Position numbers and translations under genes: made by a program. The notes beneath the pieces are model-generated. The model ran no database searches. It saw nothing but the letters and a program-made list of their open reading frames with translations, and was not told the origin of the DNA. From contig NC_022349.1 of the NCBI RefSeq assembly GCF_000354175.2, positions 840,001 to 872,000 of the forward strand: a stretch of 32,000 bases of DNA. Reading direction: 5' to 3'. This DNA comes from Vibrio alginolyticus NBRC 15630 = ATCC 17749. GTDB taxonomy: Bacteria > Pseudomonadota > Gammaproteobacteria > Enterobacterales > Vibrionaceae. Below, piece by piece: positions 23,976 through 32,000 of this stretch (positions are counted from its first letter, which is position 1; the number at the start of each line of letters is the position of its first letter).

Positions 23976-25477
23976 AGTTCACAGTAATCCGTATCTGTTA
24001 AGTTTTTACATGGGAAACGCCAAGCGCGACCATCACGCTGTAACAAGTCATCTGACTCTTTAGGTCCCCAAGTGCCGCATGCGTACCCGAAGAGGGATTG
24101 TGGATCTTGCTTAAAATCTAAGATTGGCTGTACGTATTGCCAGCACGCTTCCACCGCATCACTACGTGCAAATAGCGTAGCATCACCATTCAAAGCATCA
24201 AGTAGAAGACGCTCGTATGCCGTTAGCATTTGCGTTTCTTGCAGGTCAGCGTAATGGAAGTTCATTTTCACTTCCTTCGCTTCAAAGCCTGCGCCTGGCT
24301 CTTTCAAGCCAAAGCTCATTTGAATGCCTTCGTCTGGTTGAATACGAATGATCAGCTTGTTTTCTGGTGCGTTTTGACCAAACACAGGATGCGGTGTTTG
24401 TTTAAAGTGGATAACCACCTCAGTAACGCGTGTTGGAAGACGCTTACCAGTACGCACGTAAAATGGCACGCCATTCCAACGCCAGTTGTTGATGTACGCT
24501 TTCAAACCGATGTAAGTCTCTGTACGAGAATCGTCTGCAACTCCCGGCTCTTCACGGTAGCCGCGTAGGCTTTGCCCACGAACTTCAGACGCCGTGTATT
24601 GGCCTAATACTAGGTCATTGCGCAGAGCGTTTTCGTCTAATGGCTTTAAGCATTGAAGCACTTTTACCACTTCATCACGCATCGAGTCTGCATTGATTTG
24701 CGCTGGTGGTTCCATACCTACCATTGCTAATACTTGTAGCAAGTGGTTTTGGAACATGTCGCGCACAGCGCCAGAGTTGTCGTAGTAACCACCACGCTCC
24801 TCTACGCCAAGGAATTCTGCGCCTGTGATTTCAACGTAATCAATGAAGTTACGGTTCCAAAGCGGCTCAAACATCGCATTAGAGAAACGAAGCACAAGTA
24901 GGTTTTGTACCGTTTCTTTACCTAAGTAATGGTCAATTCGGTAGATTTGATGCTCTTGGAAGTGCTCGTGAATTTCTTTGTCCAGAATACGCGCCGATTC
25001 AAGATCATAGCCGAATGGTTTCTCAATGATCAGGCGTTTCCAGCCATCCTCTTCACTGTTAAGACCATGTGCTGCAAGACTTGCAGGGATCACACTGTAT
25101 AAACTTGGTGGGGTTGCTAAGTAAAAAAGCGTATTGCGTTGCTCGAATTGATATTCGTCCGCAAGTTGGTCTAAGCGAGAAGATAGCTTACCGTAATCTT
25201 GTGTGTCAGAAGTATTAATTGCTTGGTAGTGCAGATGGTTAATAAATGCATCAAGCGTTTCTGGCTCAGTCTTTTCCATTTCCTGAAGCGATTTTTTCAG
25301 CTTCGCGCGGTAAGACTCATCACTGTATTCAGTGCGACTTACACCCAGAATGGCAAAATTCTCTGGAAGCTGCTTGTTCGCGTAGAGGTGGTATAAAGCA
25401 GGAATGAGCTTACGGTACGTAAGGTCACCTGAAGCACCAAAAATAACGATGCTGCTGTTTTCTGGTATTACCATCAT
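23972..25477 (-). CDS. zwf: Glucose-6-phosphate 1-dehydrogenase
   Basis: 501 aa. [15 protein letters not shown] motif, the RIDHYLGKE active-site motif, and EKPFG. Confidence 0.95.
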   Translation of the reverse strand: MMVIPENSSIVIFGASGDLTYRKLIPALYHLYANKQLPENFAILGVSRTEYSDESYRAKLKKSLQEMEKTEPETLDAFINHLHYQAINTSDTQDYGKLSSRLDQLADEYQFEQRNTLFYLATPPSLYSVIPASLAAHGLNSEEDGWKRLIIEKPFGYDLESARILDKEIHEHFQEHQIYRIDHYLGKETVQNLLVLRFSNAMFEPLWNRNFIDYVEITGAEFLGVEERGGYYDNSGAVRDMFQNHLLQVLAMVGMEPPAQINADSMRDEVVKVLQCLKPLDENALRNDLVLGQYTASEVRGQSLRGYREEPGVADDSRTETYIGLKAYINNWRWNGVPFYVRTGKRLPTRVTEVVIHFKQTPHPVFGQNAPENKLIIRIQPDEGIQMSFGLKEPGAGFEAKEVKMNFHYADLQETQMLTAYERLLLDALNGDATLFARSDAVEACWQYVQPILDFKQDPQSLFGYACGTWGPKESDDLLQRDGRAWRFPCKNLTDTDYCEL

Positions 25478-25954
25478 CTTTCCCTTAAAAACGAGGTACT
25501 TATTGTGTGCCCGGATACGGCTAGAGAATGAGCCAACCCTATCAATGGCACCTCAAAATAGAAAATTGGTCTTACCTATTACGTTGATAGGTAAAGTCTA
25601 TGGGCCCAAAGAACCTTAAGAAGTTGCATTTCCGATTCTTGGAAACACGACGTATTGAGGTCATTTAAGTCACTTATGTCTCAAAAGTACACACTGTACT
25701 CGCTGGAGGAGAGTCCGACACGGGGCAATATTGTCTACGACTATTTGATTTACATCAACACTTGCCAGTGCAAACGTTTAAATAAGTTGCACAAAACGTC
25801 ATAAGCGATTGTATTTTATTGATAAAAAAAGTTTCATCTGAACACTCCAAAATTTAAGCAAAAACTCTAATGTGGGCAATAATTACTCATCCTTGCAAGC
25901 CATTACAGTTTTATCGTGATCTGTGTTACTTACTTTTTATTTCATCATCCTATT

Positions 25955-25993
25955 GATAATGATACTCAATTAAAGATAATGAAATCACTATTA
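25955..25993. promoter_or_regulatory. Tandem Fur boxes upstream of the AraC-family gene
   Basis: GATAATGATACTCAATTAA (25955-25973) matches 14/19 to GATAATGATAATCATTATC. A second GATAATGAAATCACTATTA (25975-25993) fits with a 1-nt deletion. The site ends 18 nt before the ATG. Confidence 0.7.
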
Positions 25994-26011
25994 ATATGAA
26001 AGTAGAACGCC

Positions 26012-26977
26012 ATGAAATCAAGCGCCATTAACCCACATCCCATAAACCGAATACAATCGGTGCTTGACTACATTCACACCAACTTAGACAGTACTCTGAG
26101 CGTAGATGAAATATCGAAAGCAAGTTGTTGGTCGCGCTGGCAACTGCAACGCGTATTTCAACAACACACTGGCGTATCCGTCGCTCACTACATCAGAGAG
26201 CTTAAACTTAGCCTTGCGGCTGAGCGCTTAATCCATACTTCTGACCGCTCGTTAGATATAGCGATAGAAATGGGATTTACATCTGAACACGCATTTAGCC
26301 GAGCGTTCAGGAATATGTTTTCAAAAAGCCCCCGCGAATATCGAAAAACGCAACAACTCTCCGGGTTGAGGCAACCTTTGACGCTGCGTAAGACACCAGA
26401 AGAAGAGAAAAAACATCAGCGCTTTATTGAAGTTCGAATAGAAACAAAACCGGCTTTTGAACTTGCTGGTTATCATGAACCTATTCACGGATTGTTTTCC
26501 GCTACGCCCGATTTCCAATCCAAAGTACCGTCACTTTGGTCACGTCTTTATTCATCTGAAAACCTTAACAATTCGGAAAGTAGTTACTTTGGCGTGATTG
26601 ATGTGACTCAAGCGTATTCAAACAACCAACAACTTGAGTATTGGGCAGGTTATGAGTGTGGTCCAACAGCAAACGCACCAAGATCAACGAACTCTTCCAA
26701 CTCGGGGTTAGACCTCTTGGCTGTTCCTGAGCAAACCTACGCCGTCATTACACACATAGGCAAAGCATCAGAGCTCGCCTCAACGCTGGAATGGTTTATT
26801 TTACATTGGCTACCCTACTCTAATTATCATGCTATCGATGGTTATGAGTTAGAGCTTTATCCAGAAGGTTATGATGTTGATAGCGAACAAGCACAAATGC
26901 AGTATTGGATTCCTGTCGAGCCAAGCGACGCGCTATCTTTAAAACCTAAGAACAGAAAAATAATTTCCAAAGATTAG
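26012..26977 (+). CDS. AraC-family regulator with N-terminal double HTH and C-terminal GyrI-like (Rob/SbmC-type) ligand-binding domain
   Basis: Residues about 10-110 form the AraC HTH (SVDEISKASCWSRWQLQRVFQQHTGVS...FTSEHAFSRAFRNMFSKSPREYR). The C-terminal part, IEVRIETKPAFELAGY...YELELYPEGY...QYWIPVE, is typical of the GyrI-like fold. Confidence 0.85.
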   Translation: MKSSAINPHPINRIQSVLDYIHTNLDSTLSVDEISKASCWSRWQLQRVFQQHTGVSVAHYIRELKLSLAAERLIHTSDRSLDIAIEMGFTSEHAFSRAFRNMFSKSPREYRKTQQLSGLRQPLTLRKTPEEEKKHQRFIEVRIETKPAFELAGYHEPIHGLFSATPDFQSKVPSLWSRLYSSENLNNSESSYFGVIDVTQAYSNNQQLEYWAGYECGPTANAPRSTNSSNSGLDLLAVPEQTYAVITHIGKASELASTLEWFILHWLPYSNYHAIDGYELELYPEGYDVDSEQAQMQYWIPVEPSDALSLKPKNRKIISKD

Positions 26978-27025
26978 TGTTTTGCACCAAATTGTTAACT
27001 TTTCCTATTTCTTCGAATATAGAAT

Positions 27026-27044
27026 ACAAATAACAATCATTATC
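27026..27044. promoter_or_regulatory. Fur box upstream of the TonB-dependent receptor gene
   Basis: ACAAATAACAATCATTATC matches 14/19 to the Fur consensus, within a run of GAATAT/AGAATA/CAAATA hexamers. Lies about 33 nt before the ATG at 27077. Confidence 0.7.
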
Positions 27045-27076
27045 AATAAATAGAAAAAGTAGTGGAATTTATAAAT

Positions 27077-29212
27077 ATGGAAAGTCCGATTCGATTTCAT
27101 CGTTCAGCGGTTGCTATCGTCGTATCCGCATTGCTCGCTGGCCACGCCAATGCGACTGAGAGCGTATCCCAACACGAAACGATTACGGTGCTAGGAGAAA
27201 CATACCGAAACACCGCAACTAAAACCGTTTTAGAACCGGAGGAAACACCGCAAGCGATCACGGTAATCACTAAAGATGACATGGACCTGCGCGGCGTAAA
27301 CTCGGTGAGCGAAGCATTGCGTTACGCGCCTGGCGTAAATACAGAATTGCGTGGCGGTGCCGTTTCCCGACTTGACCTATTCAATATTCGTGGTTTTATT
27401 AACTACACCAACTTTTATGATGGTCTTCCTTTGCTGTACAACGGTTGGAACCTTCAACCGCAGGTCGATTCCGTTGCTCTTGAGCAAATCGAGGTTTTTA
27501 AAGGGCCAACGTCTGTTCTTTACGGCAATATTCCACCAGGAGGTATGGTCAACATTATCGCCAAGGCGCCTCAGTCAACACCCTCGCACTCTGTCTCGAT
27601 TAGTACTGGGACTAACAGACTAAAAGAACTGACGTTCGACACCACAGGACAAATTGGTGATTCTAATGTGGATTACCGTATTGTAGGCCTAGCTAAACAG
27701 CGAGATGGTCAAGCCGATACGTCTGAAGACGAACGTTATGTACTCGCCCCATCTTTCAATTGGCAAGCGACAGAAAGTACATTAGTGAACGTGAATGTTT
27801 ACTATCAAAATGATCCATCAGCAGGTATCTACACGACTGTGCCTGCATCTGGCTCAGTGATTAAAAACCCACTTGGCTCGATGTCACCAAGCACTTATTT
27901 GGGGGATGAGGACTGGAACACTTACGAACGCGAAGTTCTGATGATGGGTTACAAAGTCCAACACGACTTTAACAACAATTGGCAATTTCTACAGAATGCC
28001 CGCTACATGACCGCCGATGCCTATCAGGAAAACACATATAACGGTGCACTTGAAGCGGATAACCGTACCGTTGGTCGAAATGCCTATTTAACCGATGAAA
28101 AGTCCAAATCCTTTGTGATTGACAACCAACTATCTGGCTACGTTAAAACAGGAAATTTTGAACATAACTTATTGTTCGGGCTTGATTATCAGTATCTAGA
28201 TTCAGATGTAAAATACAAAGACACGCTTGGGTATTCGCTAACTCAGGACATTTTTAATCCTGACCACAACAGCATTGATCGTAATGCACTGAATTTCCAA
28301 TACAAACAAAACTTAGATATCAAAACGAAGCAGATTGGCGTTTATTTCCAAGATCAAGTTCGTTACGACCAACTTGTAATGATTGCAGGTCTTCGTTGGG
28401 ATAAATACGATTCAAATACAGACGCCGTTAGCGATTATCTAGGAGCAGTATCCAACAGCAAGGAAGAGTTAGACGATACCAACGTATCTTTCCGAGTCGG
28501 TGGTTTGTATGAGCTAGACTTTGGTCTCTCGCCATATCTTACTTACTCGGAAAGTTTTGAGCCAATTGCGGGTGCCGACTCTTCTGGTAAAGCATTTGAG
28601 CCATCAACCGGTCATCAATGGGAGTTAGGCTTTAAATACGCCCCATTATCTGGTGATATCTCAGGTAACTTAGCACTCTTCCATATTACGAAGAAAAACG
28701 CGATCTTGACCGATCCGAATAATCCATATGCACCGAACTATCAAGCGGGCGAAGTGGTATCACAAGGTATTGAACTTGAGGCGAAATGGCAAGCCACAGC
28801 ACAAGCTGATTTCACTCTAGGCTATACATATACCGATATGGAGATTACCGAGGACAGTTATTACAACCAAGAAGGTAAAACGCCGGTTTGGGTACCTGAG
28901 CAAACGGCCTCTCTATGGGCCAATTACTTCTTTGAAGGAAATCTTTCAGGCCTTCGTACCAGTGCTGGCGTTCGCTATGTCGGAGAAGCACAAATTGATG
29001 CACAGAATAGTCAAAAAGTACCGGACTACACCTTGTTTGATTTAGCAGCAAGTTACGATTTCTCAACGGTATCTGAATCAATGAAAGGGGCTAGCGTCAC
29101 GCTTTCTGCAAGCAATCTATTCGATAAAGAATACTATTCTTGTTACGACAAAAATAACTGTTGGTTTGGCGCTGAGCGCTCTATCGAAGCGAAGTTAGAA
29201 TACAACTTCTAA
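27077..29212 (+). CDS. TonB-dependent outer-membrane siderophore receptor (FhuE/FoxA/DesA-like hydroxamate-type; substrate not determinable)
   Basis: Signal peptide ...SALLAGHANA. TonB box ETITVLG. Plug motifs (DLRGVNSVSEALRYAPGV, IEVFKGPTSVLYG). C-terminal ...LEYNF. The track start 27062 is GTG; the ATG at 27077 is preferred. Confidence 0.9.
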   Translation: MESPIRFHRSAVAIVVSALLAGHANATESVSQHETITVLGETYRNTATKTVLEPEETPQAITVITKDDMDLRGVNSVSEALRYAPGVNTELRGGAVSRLDLFNIRGFINYTNFYDGLPLLYNGWNLQPQVDSVALEQIEVFKGPTSVLYGNIPPGGMVNIIAKAPQSTPSHSVSISTGTNRLKELTFDTTGQIGDSNVDYRIVGLAKQRDGQADTSEDERYVLAPSFNWQATESTLVNVNVYYQNDPSAGIYTTVPASGSVIKNPLGSMSPSTYLGDEDWNTYEREVLMMGYKVQHDFNNNWQFLQNARYMTADAYQENTYNGALEADNRTVGRNAYLTDEKSKSFVIDNQLSGYVKTGNFEHNLLFGLDYQYLDSDVKYKDTLGYSLTQDIFNPDHNSIDRNALNFQYKQNLDIKTKQIGVYFQDQVRYDQLVMIAGLRWDKYDSNTDAVSDYLGAVSNSKEELDDTNVSFRVGGLYELDFGLSPYLTYSESFEPIAGADSSGKAFEPSTGHQWELGFKYAPLSGDISGNLALFHITKKNAILTDPNNPYAPNYQAGEVVSQGIELEAKWQATAQADFTLGYTYTDMEITEDSYYNQEGKTPVWVPEQTASLWANYFFEGNLSGLRTSAGVRYVGEAQIDAQNSQKVPDYTLFDLAASYDFSTVSESMKGASVTLSASNLFDKEYYSCYDKNNCWFGAERSIEAKLEYNF

Positions 29213-29241
29213 CCTCTTAGAACGGAACAGCAGTAATTTGT

Positions 29242-29282
29242 AAAGCGATGGTTTCTACAATAAGCCATCGCTTTTTATTTTG
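29242..29282 (+). terminator. Rho-independent terminator after the receptor gene
   Basis: AAAGCGATGG (29242-29251) / CCATCGCTTT (29265-29274), followed by TTATTTT. Confidence 0.8.
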
Positions 29283-29303
29283 CATAGAGCATCAATATAA
29301 ACG

Positions 29304-29990
29304 CTACCGCGTCACTTTTTTATAGCACCTTTCTGGCCTACCTACCGACCCATAGTTTAAATCAGCCTCTAGTTCTCCAGTACTGATAAGAAACTCAAGA
29401 TAACGTCTAGCGGTTGTTCGGCTCACTCCGATTTTTTCACCTGCCTCATCAGCGGTCAGCGCACTGCCATTTGGGAACAACTCTCTGATCTTGTCTAGGG
29501 TTACACCATCAATCCCTTTTGGTAATCGGTTCGGCAAGTTGTCTTGATTGGCGTGAGACTGCAGCATTTTATCAACGAGGTTCTGATCCAAACTCTCTAC
29601 GATGTCTAGTTGTTGGCGTTGGGACACATACTTTTTCAGTGCGGCATCTAAACGTGGAAACATCACTGGTTTTAACAGGTAATCGACAACGCCACCCCTC
29701 ATCGCCTGTTGTAACGTATCGACATCCCTTGCGGCTGTAATCAAAATGACATCACACGTTTGGTTACTTGCACGCAGTGTATTTAGTATCTCAAGCCCTG
29801 TGCCATCGGGAAGATAGACATCCATCAATAGTAAATCTGGCTTAAGAATGTCGAGTTGCATTTCCGCTTCCATTCTCGTGGTCGCAATTCCGACCACTTC
29901 CAAACCTGTCAGTTGGCTTAAGTATTTGTGGTGCAGCTCAGCAATAGCCAGATCATCTTCAATGATCATTACGCGAGTCGCCATACTCAT
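29304..29990 (-). CDS. CitB/DcuR/DpiA-family response regulator
   Basis: Receiver domain (IIEDD...DLLLMDVYLPDG...KP) plus the C-terminal HTH of the CitB family (GVSRTTARRYLEFL). ATGA overlap with the kinase stop. Confidence 0.9.
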   Translation of the reverse strand: MSMATRVMIIEDDLAIAELHHKYLSQLTGLEVVGIATTRMEAEMQLDILKPDLLLMDVYLPDGTGLEILNTLRASNQTCDVILITAARDVDTLQQAMRGGVVDYLLKPVMFPRLDAALKKYVSQRQQLDIVESLDQNLVDKMLQSHANQDNLPNRLPKGIDGVTLDKIRELFPNGSALTADEAGEKIGVSRTTARRYLEFLISTGELEADLNYGSVGRPERCYKKVTR

Positions 29991-31606
29991 AATTGTTCTT
30001 CCTTGGGTAAGTACACCGTTATTCTTGTCCCATAATTTTTATTGGGTATCATCTCAACATGGCCGTGATATCGAGTAGCAAGCTGATTGACAAGGTGCAA
30101 CCCAACACCTCGATTTTGACGAGATTTCGTTGAAACGCCTTTTGTAAATAATGTTTGTGGATCCATTGTTTTTGGGAGGCCACAACCATGATCTATCACC
30201 TCAAGTATCACTTCATTTCCGTAATCGCTAACGGACACATCAATGTTTCTGCGTTCTGACGCAACATTTGATTCATCGCGAATGGAAGTTAACGTGGCAT
30301 CGAAAGCGTTATCAATCAAATTACCCAAAATTGTGACAAGGTCTTCCGAATTTAGCCACTCAGGTAGGGGCTCCAGACGACTGCCTTCCTCAACCACCAG
30401 TTGTAAGCCTAACTCGCGAGCACGTTCAGTTTTTCCAAGCAACATACCTGCAATTAGCGGGTCCTTAACGGTATCTCTTAAAAACTCAATCATTGCTTGA
30501 TAGTGTGCGGTTTCTTGTCCAATTAACCTTTGCACCGCATCAAGCTCACCCATTTGTACTAGCCCACTAATGGTGTTGAGCTTATTGCGATGCTCATGGG
30601 TTTGCGAACGTAACAAATCTGCATATTCCTTGGTTTGTGATAGCTGCTCGGTTAGATCATTGATTTCATCCCTTAAACGGAAACTCGATACCGCCCCCAC
30701 GATTTTTCCATCAACATAAATTGGAGAGCGATTTGCAATCAGGCGCTTATGATTAAGGAATATTTCAATATCATGATCTTCCTGCCCGCTTTCTAACACT
30801 GTATATAGATCGCTATCACGCAGCGTATCAGTCAAAGGTTTATTGAGCGCTGATTCTCTATCAATACCGAGAATCTGGCAGGCACTACGATTTATCGAGC
30901 GAAGTATCCCTTGGGCATCAATGCTTAACACGCCCTCTTTGATAGTGCTCATCGTCACTTCTAATTCGCCGTACAACCGCCCTATCTCTTCAGGCTCAAA
31001 GCCTAAAATGGCGCGCTGAAACTTTCTCGACGCATAATTGGATACAACGGCATTAGCGACGACAACTACGATGACCATTAAAATCAAAAAGGCCAAAAAT
31101 GGTTCGATGCGGTCTTGCAGTCGGTCGAGCAAATAGCCAACTGAAACCACACCAATAATGTTCCCTTGCTCGTCAAAAATCGCAGCTTTACCACGAACTG
31201 AATAACCTAACGAGCCCTGTGCCGTCGAAACATAAGACAACCCCTGTTCTAGCGCTCGACGATTGTCGCCACCTCTCATTGGCTTGCCCAACCGCTCATC
31301 AACAGGGTGGATTAAGCGTACTCCCTTATGGTCGCCAATAACGATGAATGCAGCACCTATGGCTTCGGTTAATTCTCTAAAGCGAAGTTGGTATGGCTGG
31401 GGGTTTTGGGTTTCGATCATTTCACGAACAACCGCTGAGTCCGCTAAAAAACGGGCAACACCCAGTGCTTTTTCTCCCATTTCTTGCTCTTGATTGATTT
31501 TGAGATAAGTGAACCCTGCGGCGACAAGCAATAACAGCTCTATCAACCCCGATAGCGTCATGATAATGAGCATCCGCTTACGAAAGCTGATGGTTTTCCA
31601 ACTCAT
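29987..31606 (-). CDS. CitA/DcuS-family sensor histidine kinase
   Basis: Two TM segments flank a periplasmic PAS-like domain. A cytoplasmic PAS follows. H-box SQTHEHRNKLNTISGLVQMGE. ATPase N/G boxes (LGNLIDNAFDA, DHGCGL, GVGLHLV). The ATG at 31606 (MSWKTISFRK) has AAGGA 9 nt upstream; the track start 31648 is an extension. Confidence 0.9.
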   Translation of the reverse strand: MSWKTISFRKRMLIIMTLSGLIELLLLVAAGFTYLKINQEQEMGEKALGVARFLADSAVVREMIETQNPQPYQLRFRELTEAIGAAFIVIGDHKGVRLIHPVDERLGKPMRGGDNRRALEQGLSYVSTAQGSLGYSVRGKAAIFDEQGNIIGVVSVGYLLDRLQDRIEPFLAFLILMVIVVVVANAVVSNYASRKFQRAILGFEPEEIGRLYGELEVTMSTIKEGVLSIDAQGILRSINRSACQILGIDRESALNKPLTDTLRDSDLYTVLESGQEDHDIEIFLNHKRLIANRSPIYVDGKIVGAVSSFRLRDEINDLTEQLSQTKEYADLLRSQTHEHRNKLNTISGLVQMGELDAVQRLIGQETAHYQAMIEFLRDTVKDPLIAGMLLGKTERARELGLQLVVEEGSRLEPLPEWLNSEDLVTILGNLIDNAFDATLTSIRDESNVASERRNIDVSVSDYGNEVILEVIDHGCGLPKTMDPQTLFTKGVSTKSRQNRGVGLHLVNQLATRYHGHVEMIPNKNYGTRITVYLPKEEQL

Positions 31607-32000
31607 TGATACATCCTTGTGATTCACTCTTGAGTGTAACGTTAACACTCAGTTAACAGCATGACGTTGTCGCGGTGATAAATCTGTGAGGAAGACAAGC
31701 AAACCGCAGAGTTTACGGTTAATTAATCGACGAGCTGAAACATAAAATTACAACCATTCACCAAATTTAGCATTCCTCTCTGATACTCAATTCCATACAT
31801 AAATTGCCCTTAAAATCATGATCGTGATCACATCGATTTTAGCGGTTTTTGAGGCGTTTTTAGACTTTACAACGTATAATTTTTAATCAACGAAACCAAT
31901 GAGAGTTTCGGTTTGAAAGCAGTGAAGCTGGAAGTCTATTAAAAGCTCAACATTGATGTCAGTGGTTTGGACACAAATAAAACAAAATACAAATACTGAC

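Noticed and set aside
25676-25804. 42-aa plus-strand ORF (MSQKYTLYSLEES...) in the zwf upstream region
   Set aside because: The only SD-like GAGG is 15 nt from the ATG. There is no terminator and no recognisable features. It is more likely non-coding leader or promoter DNA.
31649-32000. Possible gene start (ATG 31956) and short inverted repeats upstream of the sensor kinase
   Set aside because: The ATG has no SD and only 15 codons fall inside the window. The repeats are 5-7 bp in AT-rich DNA and are not distinguishable from chance.
1-32000. CRISPR arrays, IS elements, integrases, prophage genes, rRNA/tRNA, toxin-antitoxin or defence-system gene pairs
   Set aside because: I looked for repeat-spacer periodicity, transposase or integrase-like ORFs and tRNA cloverleaves and found none. 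Every ORF over 60 aa that I accept has an ordinary assignment.

Overview
This looks like a Vibrio chromosome segment, Harveyi clade and V. parahaemolyticus-like, judged from gene order and protein sequences only; no database search was possible.

Bases 1-17.1 kb are the right-hand end of the known Ysc/Psc-family type III secretion system 1 (T3SS1). It contains three chaperone-effector bicistrons: vecA-vopQ (vopQ cut by the left edge and missing from the ORF track), chaperone-vopR, and chaperone-vopS (intact Fic motif at His348). It also contains the exsD-vscBCDEFGHIJKL operon, exsA, a small lipoprotein gene I read as the YscW/ExsB-type pilotin, and the divergent exsC-exsE pair. The exsA-to-exsC stretch is strikingly AT-rich and full of perfect inverted repeats.

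Bases 17.1-32 kb are ordinary chromosome:
- an AcoD/ExaC-type aldehyde dehydrogenase with a sigma54 promoter and a divergent AcoR-like activator
- a 0.8 kb stretch with only small ORFs, holding two small ORFs and an orphan terminator
- zwf-pgl-gnd
- a Fur-boxed Rob-like (AraC plus GyrI-like) regulator with a TonB-dependent receptor
- a CitA/CitB (DcuS/DcuR)-family two-component system

I saw no rRNA, tRNA, CRISPR, transposase, integrase or long repeats. I found no convincing evidence for a wholly undescribed multi-gene system.

The best leads are:
- a Cys-His-Asp signature in the VopR C-terminal domain
- the 608-bp repeat-laden region and leader hairpin upstream of exsA
- the pilotin assignment
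- a shared C-terminal LRV tail on ExsC and the effector chaperones
- matched ExsA-box promoters
- a promoter-plus-terminator micro-unit near 21.0 kb
- the unusual regulator architecture next to the iron-regulated receptor

Several ORF-track starts use GTG/TTG or carry N-terminal extensions. I give the starts I consider more likely.
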